Shown here one piece after another: positions 13,842-28,600 of a stretch of DNA of 64,000 nucleotides (within the stretch, counting starts at the first letter, position 1; each line of letters starts with the position of its first letter). Made by a program: the position numbers and the translations under genes. The notes beneath the pieces are model-generated. The model made no database searches. It saw only the letters and a program-made list of their open reading frames with translations, and was not told the DNA's origin. The stretch is from Tubiluchus corallicola (lineage: Eukaryota > Animalia > Priapulida), in assembly GCA_030141605.1 (NCBI GenBank), contig JAQGDQ010000001.1, positions 620,001 through 684,000 on the forward strand, written 5' to 3'.

Positions 13842-14679
13842 GTATGTATGTACTACACCATAAGCAAAGCACGTAGTGAGTTTGCATTTCTGACATTCTT
13901 ATACAGGATTGCGGTATACCACGTTTGCGTTTGAGTTATCAGAAAGTTTCACATTGCCACCACTGCAACCGGATAGTAGTGAACACGCCGTTTGGAATCC
14001 CGAGCTATCACTGATATATAGGCACTAAGTTTTTATAGTTATGGTGTATATGTATTACTAATAGATTTGTAATTTTTTTAATGATTCTGTTCATATAACC
14101 ATTAATGAGAAATGCTCTGTACCGGGGAGAGCACTTGTGTGTAACAAGGTAAATCAGCGAAAATTCTGGATAATTTTCGTGTAAATTCGAACTGGGTGAA
14201 TGTGTGAGTATTGATAATCCCAATATCGATTAGCAGCTCTACAGCTACAGCAATACGGCAAGTCGTACGTGCCAATACACTTAGCCGGATTCGTGGAAAC
14301 CTCGGTTGGAAAAACTAGTAAGTCCAGAGTGTGATTACAGCAGTGTCATCTTCAAACAACGCAGAGACGCCTGTGATGTTTTGAACCTGGATTTACATGC
14401 AGCGATATTATAAAGCTTCATGGAACGCCCTTGTTGGGGTTTTGTAAACGTGCATGGGCGTTAATTGTGATTTGCTCCTGATAGTTTCATCAGTCGCAGC
14501 AAGTGTGATTTAACTAAAGCTGCGCAGTTTCGCCGTGATTTGAGGAATTTTATTAACATGAGAGATTATTACCAATTCATAATGAAAAGTGGAAAATTTA
14601 AAAGATGACTAACTGACTTGATTGCTCTATTTTGTACAAGCTAATGTATTTTGCTTCTTGATGTTCATATTGGAAATCA

Positions 14680-17600
14680 ATGAATTCAGACGTAGGTAAG
14701 CCAGTGAAGTGTAATAGTTCCGGGAGTATGACTCTAAGTGTCAGCGTTTATTAAACTTACGCACTTAAATACATATTATGTTATACTGAAAAACATGACT
14801 TTAAGATTCTATGTATCTCAGAAAAGTAAAATAAATGATGAATAACAATACTTAAAACATTTCTGCGTAGGCTATGCATAACTTACGTGTTTCCATTGTG
14901 GTCATTGGCCAAAATTTACTTGGGCTTATAATTCTACGTAATTTTTCTTAATTAACTAATTGGTTTTTGTAAAGACTGTGCTGTCCTGGAGTTTTCCATT
15001 TACAATCGTGTGGAAGAGATGCGTCTGAAAACTCAAAAACTTCAGCTGAAGTTGTAGAAACTTTCGGTGACTAAATAGACAGCTGAAGATTATGAAAGCA
15101 AATGCTCTAAGCGCATTATTTGTTAAAACAGGGCAAATCCAGCTTGGCAAGTGTTGATACGGTGGACTTGATTCACTGTACGTTACTGCACCTGAGTTCT
15201 AGTTGAATTCTTTTTTATATCACATCTTTTTGCCAAATTGCAATACAGCAGTCTCAAGTAAAATTTGCAATTGTTCGTGTACACCAGTTTCATATTCTGA
15301 CTGAAACGAATTCTTCTAGACACTTATGAGCGTGTACAAGTGTCCCAAAAAAATCTGTGTATCATTACCATTATTGCCATAATTGTCACTATCATTAGCC
15401 TAGTTGTAGTTATTGTTAATTGTTTTCGCTGCTGTTACAGGCACTCATCCTGATCATGTCATATATTAATAAATTCTACTGCCAGCAATTACACTATGTT
15501 TATTCGTCACGTGTTCGAACATTTTATATTCTTTCTTAACGGGGTCATAGCCTACAGGGCATGGGAAAAGAACTGAGCAAATAAAGGCACTGTTGAACAA
15601 CGCAATCGGCTGTATTTTTGATAATTAAAAATTTTCCTCTAACATTAAATGATCAAGCAAGGACGTATCGGTGGCTTGCAAAATTATCCAAAAACTTGCG
15701 GCGACATGCGACGGCGAGGATGCGAGTAATAAAAAAACGTGGTTTCTCAACTCTTCGTTGGTAACAGCCTTCGAAAATAGTTTGTACAGATTATTGAGTT
15801 AAGTTCGAAAAGCATGGAATAGTTTTATTAAAAGCCTCGCTTGCGTGATTTATAGTCAATTTATGTAAACTCATGGTAATCATTGAATTATGTAAGCTAT
15901 GTGAAAGCATTAGCAAATTGAAAATGTCGTTCCTATGCAGCTGTTTATCGATTTTCCAGTTGTTATCTCATGCTTAAATTGACGATCGTAAATACATGAA
16001 TTAGAATAATGTTTTACATGGAATTTTATTTTCAATTCAACATGAAAAGCAGATGCTGTACATTATTTACAAAACTTAATGTTGCCATGAAAAGCTAGGG
16101 GTTTTTGACCTTTGAGCAGACGGCAGAATCTTATTAATGCGAACATTTCCAATGCATTAATGCTTCTTCCAGTCATGATTAATGCATGATTTGCCGGCTG
16201 ATCTGAAATCAACCAAGATTTTTAGCAAACTAGATTTTGCATAACGCATGTCACTTAACTAACTTTTTACAAAAGAAAATTTAAGACTAAGTCAGAATTG
16301 CATATGATGTCTTTGAAAAATGACCATTAAATTTGCTTTTTCATAAGCCGACGCCATTTTTATTCCGAGGCATTTATTGATTGGCTAAACTCAAGATCGT
16401 TGAGCATTTCATTCTAGTGATGTTACGTTAGCGTTAATAATATTTTTGTGTCTGTTCACCTGCTTTCGTCTGTAGTGAAATGAAATGAAATCAGATTTAT
16501 AAAAATATATAAAATATGATCGATAAGATATGGTGTTCTGTAGTGTGGTATGGTATGGTATGGTATGGTATGGTACGATATGGTATGGTATGATATGGTA
16601 TGGTATGGCATGTTATAGTATGGTAAGGTAAGGTAAGGTAAGATAAGATATAGTGTGACATGGTTAAAGGTATGGTATGATATAATGTGGTGTAGCGCGG
16701 TATATCATGGCATGGCATGATATAGTACTTGTAAAGTGGGGTAGGGTACGTAATATACGGTACAGACTAATATTAGTTATCATAGTTAGGTATAATGGGA
16801 CTTGATGTGATGTGTGATGACTGACAGGACGCGGCATGACATAACATGATATGGTAAGATATGAAATAAGACTACACAAAACAAAGTAACAGAAATAAAC
16901 TGATTTAAAAAGTGCATGGAATCTTGTACTATTTAAAATCACCTATTACTGATACCTTACAATAACTTTATTGAAATTACTTACCTTATTGCAACATATA
17001 ATAAGTAACAACATATCTCTTGCAGCGAGACTACCACTACTTTTTATAGAAATACAAGCCCAATAAACACCCTTTGTGCTAATGCATGCAAATGACTTAG
17101 AATGGATGGGAGTCGACATATCTTTTGTGACTGACTGGAATAATTAATGCAAAACGAAAATGACAGTCTAGTGCGATATAAGTGGTTTCCTGGCTTCAGA
17201 GCAAATTAATGATTGTTTAGTTTGCTGATCATATTTACTATATGCAAATATTATACGGGTAATTACATTCTAACTGATATGCGCATGTAAATTAATTACC
17301 AAACTTCTTGACATTATTCCTATTTTACAAAACCTTAATGCATTTTCAGGAATAAGTAATGGGCAGGCTAGATAAACTAAAAACAAAATCACACAACTTT
17401 GACTTTATATTTACGTAGCTGAGTTGTAGGCTTGTAGTGTTAGTGTAAAGTATATTTCAAGAACGTAAAAGTAAAGCCGCATAATTTTTACTTTATATGC
17501 GTTTATATGGGTTGTAGAGTTAATATAAAGCGTTCTTTCAGCTCCCATGCACTGCTCTTAGAAACGTACTTTATACTCTCTTTGACTTTATTAGAAGAAC

Positions 17601-20600
17601 GGAACTAAGTTACCTAAATCTAAATGATTCATTAATTGAATAGTCAAAACTGTCTCAGTTAGGCAAGTTTAGGTGTATTTTGTTCTGATTATTGCATGAG
17701 GATTTGTAAGTGATTAAGGGGTTTTCTGAGCTACCCAACACAATGCTAATTCTGGAGATTATTTAATGAGAAGAGTCATTATATTCATTTTGCAAGTAAT
17801 GCTTACATGCTCGTTGTGCTACACATATGAGGTAACGCCAAATAACCCAAAGAATGTTAATATAACTTTTTGCTCTTAAAATTGCATAACACAGATGCAT
17901 GTTAAGGTTAATAGTGTAGATGTGGTTCGTAGCAGAATATCAATTTTGTAATTTGCAATTTTGGCGTAATTACTCGGCGTAATATCGCTGAGTCTGCGTT
18001 TTGCATTTTCTTCAGTAGAACGGCAGTCTATAATGACACTAAAATAGACATGTTAGCCTGCGTGCGTAGTGCTATCTCCGGCATCACTGTAGAATAGCGA
18101 ATACACGTAAAAAAAACAATTTTCATATAGTGACGTTAAATTATTCATGCATGTACAGGGTTATATTCGGCTAAAATAGATTGTCAAGTCGTAAAATCGA
18201 TCGGCATAATTATTATCACTTAGCCATAGTGATAGTGAAGTGGGAGGAACCTAGCCTGTTATCCGTTGTTAAAGACGAGATTTCCATCTAGAGGATTTCA
18301 AGAGCATCAGGGAGCATATCCGATTCTAGTTTCTCGCGAAGGACGCGGCATCATCTGCAAAACAGAGGTTGGTGAAAAGGTAGTGATAGTATGTGCCACC
18401 ATGAGCACAACAAGTCAGTGGCTTGTTCATTCAACAGTCAACAACAACGTTGAAGAAGTCAGGTGCGGCTTTGACGGGCATCTGACGTTGTAGCAAAGGC
18501 CTGAGTGACCTTCGCGAACGTTGCAGGTGGGATCAGAGTACAGTGCTTTGAGAATGGAGATAAGCTTTGTAGTGCTTATCCAATTCTTATAGAAGAAGCC
18601 AGAGAGCGCTATGGTCTAAGAAAGCCGTTTTCGGATCAATTACTGGCTACGTATAGAGCTCTGCAGAACTCTTTCTTTGCAGGGCTAAGATCCTGAGGGC
18701 AAGAATGCAGTCAGTGGTGGAATGCCAAGAGATGACGGCAGCTTGCTGAGGCTGGCCTAGTGTAATGGGATGGTAACCGGATGTGGTAGGGGATATAAAA
18801 CGAGGAGATGTTTTTGTTTTTTGTAGCGGAGATGAGGCACTTTTTTAGTTAATGGGAACAGAATCAGAAGGTCAAATCAATGTGCAGAAGGCCAAATCAG
18901 TGCTTAATTGTTGTAAAAATGGAATACTGGAATATATCTTACAGTATCAGTACCAACCAATGTATTCAATTAAATCAGTTAAAAAACTGACCTTATTAAC
19001 TATCAAATATATGTTTTTACCTGTGGTTTAAGAGACGTGACTAATTTTTGGCCCCAGCAGGTTCTATCTTGAACTGATACATGTGTACATATCTCAAAAG
19101 TACCAATCCGGATTTTGGCCGAAATTTGTTGGAAGGTACCTGAATTTGTTGGAAGGTAACAGAAACTGAACAGAAAAATTCTATTGCAATTGGTTCTAAG
19201 CTACTTGTTATCAGTTAGCAGCTTGCAATCAACAATTAAATTTAAGAGGAGAATTTTATCAGTCATGATTTAAAATGACAACATAATTATGATCTTATGC
19301 TGAGTAGAGAAACAATTTTGTAACTCGGCACTATAATATTATAACTACCCGCAAAGGAATCGATTTTTCCTTAGTTATATCTCTGTAGGAGCATTATGTG
19401 TTGGCGGCTGAATTGGGCTCATTTCAATTTCTCAAGCGAAAGTTTACATCGAGCGCGGTTGGTGATATTTTGTGATTGTTTTTGCGATATTCCCTCAACA
19501 CTATTATTCTGTTACTCCTTCAACAGAATATTTCGTTCCTTTGCGTAGCTAAGTCATTTATTTCTCACACTGTTAGCAGATTTGTCGGACTCTGTGGTTA
19601 TGGTAATTTGTAATTTCCTTTCGTTTCTGTACCCTAAAGCTATATCCTAGTTTTTTAACACCCTCTAGGATTAATTTATTTGGTAATCTCCATCAACATA
19701 ATGTTTGTGTTAGCTTTACTAAAATCAAATAAATCATTATTAAAGTTCAGTACTATAGGTTCATGCAAGGCATCACAGCACTAAGTAGTGATATAGCACT
19801 GTTTCAGTATAATATTACTTACTTGTTTATTGATCATTAATTATTATTACATTGGGCTGTGTAATTGATGATCGCGCAGATCGTTTTGTTAATATGTACC
19901 AACTAGCTTTGCAAAAAATTCAAAGATTGACCAGTTGATGGTTCTGATCTAAGTATGTGAAAAGTATGGCTGTGTATAATAACGGAACAGTCCCGATTTT
20001 ATAGTATGGGTGCAAGTTTTGGGTTATTTACTGAGAATGATAAAGTTAATCTATTAATGGTGAGGAGTTTCGCGGAAATTGTTTCAGAATCATGATCACG
20101 ATGGACGATCACGAAATTGATTGCTAAAAAATGAACTTGTATGGTTGTGGCTATATTAAATTTCGTTAATACAATTGTCGCCATTTTGCATTGGGCATAT
20201 ATTTTTTCCACGAATTGTTAAAAAGAAGGGTTTCAATTAATTTTCATAGCGTCCCTGAAAACCCCTGAACTTAACAAATCGTTTTTAAGCAAAACTTTTT
20301 GTAACGAAAAGCATGAAAAGTTTTCACAAAAAACCCCTAGGTTTTTAGCACAGGGATTTAATGCAAGCTGCATCATCAAGCTGTTCCATACATTCCCACT
20401 ACAGTACACTACAATAATAGTAAGCTTGTTAGCTCATTAATTTACTTGTGTCATCAGCACCTTGCAATTAAGAATGCAAAATGACTAATGGCTAAAAACT
20501 AAATCACATGGTTCGAAGTCAGTTAAAATATTGTGTGTGATTCCACCCACGAATTGAATTACTACATTCCTTTTAACAGGTAGTTGTTCGTTTTTTAATC

Positions 20601-23600
20601 GTGACCAACAAATAACAACTTTATTAAATTTCAAAGACGAACAAGGAATACTGAGCTAACCACATTGAATTGATGAATCTACGAAAGATGTAAAAGCAGA
20701 AGATCTCATTGCTCGCGTTTGTGCGTCCAAACGTTTTTTTTATTTTCAAGCCAATCAAACTAGGCAAATGACTAGTAGTACGAAGGTCATTATGATACAC
20801 TTGTTGTATGTATTATACATGGTTGTGGATAATATATGTTTAACAGCGTACTGATTTTAATTTATTTTAATTACAGGAATTTCCTCAGCAATAATGACAA
20901 ATGAAACCACTGGGCCAATATTAAATGGTTCAAAAGTCGACCAAGAGGTGGCGCCATCTTGTCACGAATCTACTTATGATGAAACGTTAATCCACAAGGG
21001 AAGTTATATTTTGATGATTACGTTCATTTATTTATTCATTGGTTCGTTCAATCATTTATTTGCTTATTCGTTCACTCGTGTGCTTGTTTGTTATTATTCA
21101 TTCATTTTTCTTTTCCAATATTATCTCCGTATCATCCCCGCTGTTTTTCCTGTCCCACCTTCTTCTCTCTCTTTCTACTACCTCACCAACATGCATGCAC
21201 TATTACACTATGTACACAAATGTACGCTACACTAGTACATTTGCTTAAAAAATTATAGCTTACCTAAAATGCTAATAACTTTTTACTACAGATAAATGTT
21301 CTCCAGAATAATTAGTTGGTTGTCATGATTTCTATAGTTAGCTATTTTACTACGTTCAAGTGTTTTTTCCTACATCCTATTAGTATATGCAATTTAATGC
21401 GCATTGTTACATACTAAATTGTAAAAATTACCAAGTGTGTAAAAGCTCACTACTTTTGTAAAAAATGAAAAACTACTTTGTCAAAAATTACTGGCTTTTA
21501 TAAAAAAAACCTGGGTCGCTATTATTGTAAAAACGTTAGCCACTTTTCTAAAGCATGCCGTTTTTTACAAAAAATAGCCACTTTCGTAAAAATGTCACTA
21601 GTTTCGTAAAATCTCCAACCAATTTTTGTAGCGAGGTTACTATTTTTTAAAACATTTCCCACTTTTGTGTGAAAACAATCGTGTGGTTAATTTTGCAAAA
21701 GCGTTAACCACTTTTGTCAAAACAGTAGTTTTTGCCTTGTAGTTTGATAACTGACATGTATTGCCTTGGGCTGATGATATTTGACGTTGTTTTATAGTAT
21801 ATAATTAATTGGTAAGCAACTAATTGTAGAAATTATATTTTAAATTAAAATTTTCATTTCTGTAGGCAAGGGTGACATGACTTGTTTTACTTTTATAGAG
21901 TTCACAAAGATTAGAAGAAGTTTGGCTAGGTTAGGATGTACCTTTTAATTTAAGTCGCTGTCGTTGCTTAATGGCCGGCTAATGTGGCAGTTCGTTGTTT
22001 TCTATTAGTCAAGTTGCCATTCAGACTCAATGGCTCCCTGGTTTTCTATGCAGCGGCACTCGCTCGTCGCACAGTACCGTCTGGTCTTAAAAGAGAACAT
22101 TGTTACCGTACCTTTTTAGAAAGAATCGTTTTGAATCTTTAATTAGATCTTTTATTTGAATCAAAGGAGCCACTACATGCCCCATCTTCTGCTAAAAAGC
22201 CCACACTGTCCTATCACTTCATTGATTATTAAGGCGATTTTTGTTGTTGCTCATAGGTCCTCTGACTCTGTATAAATCTTATTCATGGTTTTTGGGCGTT
22301 TCACGGAACATTTACAAGAATTCTAGGCTTTAAATTGTGTCAACCCTGCCCTCTATGATTAATTACTTCCAAATTTTTGACATAAGCCGCCTTACTTACT
22401 AATTGCGGCCTAGTCTGGGCTTCCCAGTAGAAGACAGCTCTTACGTACCTTCTCAGGCTGCAGTGTTGGCTTCAATAAAAAGTGTTTATTTTTATATAAA
22501 CCTCCGTATTAATGGTCTAATGTTTCTCATTGACCAAATTCGATTTGGATTTTGTAAGTAATTTACCACTAGTGGTAAATTTTGTAAGTTTGAATTCGGG
22601 GATTTGAAATTGAATATTGAAAAATCTTATATCACATCACCAGATTCCTGCAACATTTATACTACTCTCTCTTGTGGGAATGCTTTATCGCAACGTGCAT
22701 GGTAAGAATGTAGTGAGAAAATATTGCGCAAAATTGTGCCACCATGATCATGCAATGCACGTGCTTCATGTATTTTTGTATCTGGTGTAAATTAATATGC
22801 AAAGAGACCATTCTTTATATTAGTGGCGAGTTTTACAAAAGTGGCTAACGCTTTTACAAAATTAGTGACCCAATTTTTTACAAAGCAGGATTGTTTTTTA
22901 CAAAAGCAATAGCCTCTGGTTTTTCAACGGTGGGCAAGATTCTTTTATAAAATTAGAGACATTTTTATTAAAGCTGTTATTTTTTACAAAAGTAGTGAGC
23001 TTTTATAAACTTGGCAATTTTTACAATTTTGATTACAACACGCGTTCCTCGCTGGATCTCCAAAGCTGGCACAATTGCAAAAGCTGTATAATTTGATTTC
23101 ATGTAATTTTATGAATTGCCTATTTCATTTTAGACGATTCTAGTTGGAGATAGCGGAGTCGGGAAAACTTCATTTCTTGTGCAATTCGATCAAGGAAAAT
23201 TCACCGCTGGTTCGTTTTCCGCTACCGTCGGTATAGGATTTACGGTGAATACATAATTCAATTTGCAATTTTTCAATTAAATTTTGTTTTTCATCTATTA
23301 GTACGTCGTATTACGTGAAGCAGCTCAGCAGCGCCGTGTATCATACGAATCTGACTAGTACTCACGGTACAAAATTTTCGCCTGATTTTATGTTGTTTGA
23401 ACAATTTTCTTTATTGACACAGTTTATTTTTGTGTTACTTGTGCCTATGCAATTGCGTAAACAACATAAATCGCGTGGGGGGGGGGGGATTGTCAACTAA
23501 TCACAGCGAATGATAGGAATCATCAGATTGGAATCATGTGAATAGGACAAACTTTTAGTAAATGTGCGATTATTTAGAGACAGAGCAGTGTAAATAAACA

Positions 23601-25631
23601 AACTATTCACTAGAAAGCAAGGTGGAAGCAAAGACAGCAAATCACTAATTAAAATATGAGGATGAACAATACTGTACATGCCTACATGTAGAACGATAGC
23701 GTGTCAGCAAAATGTGGTAGATATTGCATGACAGAAACATCAGATAGAGTCCATGGACTACGATTACGGCATTAATAAGTCAACAGCTCACTCTCAACAA
23801 CAATAGTACTAAATTCGACTAATTTATCTTCACTGAAACGTGACTAATTTATGTTAATAGATTATTACTGCCAGATATTTAATTAATACCTGCTACTCGA
23901 TTATGAACTAGAATATCAGAACAGCCTATGACATGGGGAGTTATATGGCAGTTATATTCTTATTGAATCGTACTAATTACTGTATTACTTCATTATCTTG
24001 TCACTACCATGTTGACTATGTAAGGTCCGTCAAGAACGCTGAAAAATGACTCAGCAACTAGATCTGCATCTAGATCGCTTCTTCCTATTTGGGTAGTCAC
24101 TAAATGAACATGACTGTGCTACAGGCAGCTGAAGTTTATATGCTGCGGTGTATGTGTGGTCTAATCAGCTGATATCTGTAACTTTTTAGTAGTCTGCGAG
24201 CACTATGTTAAGTTTATTATTTAATTTTGTTAAAGTTGTGCAATTAGGTATTGTGCATTTAGTTGAATGTATTTTGTTTAAAATAACATTTCTTGAGTTT
24301 GTCTGCTGTTCAACGTTCACAACCGACTGGCGAGAAATGGAATTTTGATTTCATGGTCAGGTTACCGAACCGCTTGCCGAATTTGTTAAGACTTATGTAA
24401 GCCTTATGTAACGTTATTTAAAATTAACATTCAATTTTAAACAGCATTTCAAAGTCAAACTTTGTGAATGTTAAGAAGCCTACTAACTATATACTTTAAT
24501 AAACACTATTTTGTTCTGCACAGTAGTGTCTGGCAACGTCCTGCTATGTACAGTGCTGAAGTCGATATATTATATTACCACGTTATAAAACAACGTCAAA
24601 TTTCAAATTTAAAAAAAAATAGAAACTTTTACTACTCCGGAAAATACAATATGTTTTTTAAGTTTTTAATGGGTTCAATTTTTCTTGAGGTCTTTAGCAT
24701 GTTTCATCCATCAGCAATATCTCTTTTTTGTCTAAGTGAAAATAATCTAATCATGTATGTACGCACTTTCGCAGTAATATTTGGTATGTTTAAATATATT
24801 CTGCATACGCGTTTACGGTAATTACATCGGTGGTTGTGGAATAGCCAGCCAGTTAAAGTGCCTGATTGGCCATTGTGAGGTGGAATCCTCTAGGTGATTG
24901 ACGTTTTGCGATCCCTTTATTCCACGTTGTCTGTGGCGGTTCGTCTAATACCGATGACGTCACGATCAAGGCGCGCACTTCAAAACCCATAGGATGAAAA
25001 GCAGTCTGTTTCGCGGCGAGAAATTTGAGTTCACTCACATCTTAAGGAAGCCATAAATTTAATGAAAAGGTATGCGCTTTTACTTTTACTGACTGTAAAA
25101 GCATTAATTTAAACATTACATTACAAAATGCTTCCATGTGCCTTGCAAGTGATAGCCTCTTATATGTGTAAGTTTTAACAATTGTATTGTGACCATCCGA
25201 TACTTACATCATTCCGCTACGGTTTACTGTTTTAACTGAGATCAAATCTTTTTGTTGGTAAAGGGATCACATTGAATACCATTGGGAATATTATACCGTA
25301 ATAGCACAGATTTAACAACTTTATTAACTGAAATCAAAAACGCTCTAGGCGTTCTGTAGAAAGGTAACGAATTGTCATGCAAATTTTGAAATTGTATGAT
25401 TTCTGCTTTTTCGGCAGTTTATAACTAGCCGTTGCAAACACACAGTAATCTCAAAGTAAAGCCTGTAAGATGGACAGTTCGGAACGCTGCATTATTGAAA
25501 CGTAGTGCCATCTATTGGGTGCATTGAGTTGTTGTTTGCCATCAATACATGTAGTATCCCACTCTCACAAATACTTCATTTGTGCTGCATGATCTCGATC
25601 CACAAACAATATACCCATAATATATATACTG

Positions 25632-25675
<44 letters not shown>

Positions 25676-28600
25676 TTATCAGAAATTATAGTTTAACGGA
25701 AGAATGTTAGGAGTACATGTACGTGGGCTAAATTTACAACTAGAAATCCAGGGAACTCTATTGCTGTAGCATTACAAATCAGGTTTTGCAATTATAATAT
25801 CAGTTACTGTTATCTAATTTTTCGTAGGCTTGGTAATTTTGAGTCATCGATGCAATATACGTGATTATATACCAACTATTAGGCCCAAAGTTGTAGTTTT
25901 ACGGAATAACCCTCGAAATTTTTGGCAAGCCCTTTGGGGCTTTCAATAATTTTGAGGGTCGCATATTGCATTTTTTTGTGTTTATCGCTAAAATATATCA
26001 AGCATTTGAATGATTATGAATGATTGGTGTCACTAGTGACTAATTAATTATATGTGAACTAATATGTAAGTTCAGTGTAACAACTAACAAGTCCAACTTG
26101 TCTAGCGAATTTTGTGTTTCAAGTTTTATTTAATTACTTTGATATTTGTCTAAAATTACACCTAAAATCACTGTCCTCATTTTGTGCAACTTCATTTCGC
26201 GTACGTTTCTTTCTGATAGAAATAACGATGTCCATTTTTGAAACAATTTGCAAAAAGCCAGCAAAATGAGCAAATGCGACATTTTCGTCGAATTTGACAG
26301 TTGCACGCGTATTGCTGGCTAAGAGAAAGGAAAACTTGCAAAAGAGCTCTTTACAAAACTGCTGGTAAAAGCTGCTTTGACTGAAATAACTGTATATGGC
26401 TTCGCACTGTCCCTAACCGATTCTCTTGGCGTGCGCATTAAACTACTGTTCCTCTTATGCGTGAACGTCTGTCAACGTTCGACTACAGGCATGCTCGCAT
26501 CCTGTGTCTGAGTGGTACACCTGTGATGGCTTAACTGCAATGATTATATTTAAAAGGTATGTCTACGCCTGTCACTCCGAATGGACATGTAAACAGAGTC
26601 GGGTCCCTTTCTCCTGTAAGCGAATACTATGACTTCGCATGTAAGGTAAGTGATTTTGGTATTACTATTATGGTTTAGGATTGCAAGTACTGTCATAGTG
26701 TTAGTGTTTTTTTAGAATAGTGATGAAATTAGAATTACAGTTTATCACACATTAGTACAATACAGTACAGTTAATACAAGCCTCAAAGCATAGCTGTGCA
26801 CAGAACGAAAAATTAATTTATACTGTAAATGGGCAGCACTGAACTCTATACCTGCGGATAATTCTACGCCCCACATATATAATCAGCAGATATGCACCAA
26901 TTCGTTTATACCAAAAAATACAATAGAATCATCGAATTTATGTTATACTGATCAACAAAAATTGAAATCACTTCAGTTTTGTTGTGAACTCTGACTGAAA
27001 GGGTATTATGGTCCCAGACTCGGTTTTTTTGAGCGAGCGAGGGGGTGTTTCGGGGAATTAGAACTAATTTTCGGCATTGTATACCCGCTTTTTGCCAAGG
27101 TTTATGCAATGTAGCACTTCGGCTAGGGCAATAATTTAACGAAAAAACAATTTTGTGACCTTCGGTTTGAGCCGTTAACTTTCGTGCAGAAAACAGTAAG
27201 AAACACGGTCTTGTGTGAAAAATATTACTGAATTCGACCAAGTAAAAACTAACTATTTTTGACACTGTCATAGGTAAAGGTCACGAAAAACGAAAGGCCA
27301 TTCTTCTAAATACGCTTACAAAAGCAAACTGTTGGTAACTTTGTATAACAGAGAGTCATCTAGCTCATGTTGTTGATTAATAGATGGTCTCAGAAGAAAG
27401 ACGCACACAGTAGCTTGCCAACTTAATTGCTTGATATCTGTTGCTTTGTGTAACACATTATTGCAAGAAAGGTTAAGGTGTAATTGCAGCAAAAATGATA
27501 TAAAATACTTCACCCTGAACAGCATATTCAAACTTAGCAGGCTAAGAACTATATTATTAACCATTTTTTGCAATCAGAATGTATCATACAGCCTTAGCCC
27601 AAGAAAATTTTACGCCCAATATCCGCACTGTTTGCAGTTGCTGAAGTAGGATAGCCTTTTGCAAACAGTCCAAATACTATTATACACACTACAGTTATGT
27701 GCCCATGAAAACTTGCTGTTGAAAGCACGCTTATATATAATGGCAGAATTGACCACAGCATTAGACAAAAATGATTTATAAACTTAAAAATACCATTATA
27801 TCAAAAAATAATAAAAAATGTAAACAATAATAAATAATGAAAAAATAAATAAACATTTCAAGATCAGATTATACAACGAATTTTGACGCTAAATCTCGTT
27901 ACTCGATCGAAAGGTTAATGTTCTGGCTTCCCTGTAAATGATTGTGGATTGGTAGTCAGTATGGGCTCTTGTGCCCGTTCACACTGATTGACATGAAAAT
28001 TGGAAGTAATTTGAAACATTTGAATCGATTACTGTAAGTGCTGTTGAAGTATTCGTAATGGCCTCAACCAAATGAGTGCTCTTGCAGAGTCACGGTATTT
28101 GTCACAGATCTTCAACCAAAACGTTCAAAAAATGTAAAACCGCAAAAACAGATCGAGTTTTAATAGAAAGTGTTTAAAATTGTAAAACATGATAGAAATC
28201 GTTTCGTATGTCAATATTAGTTTTTTCGGCTTGATGCTGAAGCAAAAATGTTATTAGTTTTATTTTTTGCATGCACAGTATCTAATGAACCATAGCTAAA
28301 ACAGCATGTGGCACCAAGAAATAACGCGTACAGACAGTTTGGACATATATAGGCTGGTTATTATTTCTTAATCTGAAATTTCTAGTTGTAACTTGCTGAC
28401 GCTTTCTTTTATACCTTTCATTTGGTAAGTACTCTTTAAAATTAATTTCAATTAGTATGTATTACGGCAAGCTTTGACCAAGGCATTTATTGAATCGGTA
28501 GGTGATGCTGATTGGAGATAGTGGCGTGGGTAAAACTTGCCTCCTAGTCAGATTCAAAGATGGTACATTCCTCGGCGGAAGCTTTATTTCTACCGTTGGC

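Noticed and set aside
16081-16094. X-box-like gttgccatgaaagc
   Set aside because: Imperfect half-site inside a Rab intron, far from the ciliary genes' promoters.
16497-16942. YHTIP-repeat ORFs
   Set aside because: Translation of a pentanucleotide satellite.
20999-21235. Hydrophobic extension of ORF 20894-21235, resembling a membrane protein
   Set aside because: It is read-through into a TTCA/TTAT-rich intron; Rab homology stops at HK.
28465-28501. gctttgacc near the exon 2b acceptor as a U12 branch point
   Set aside because: The upstream donor is GTAAGT (U2 type), not GTATCC.
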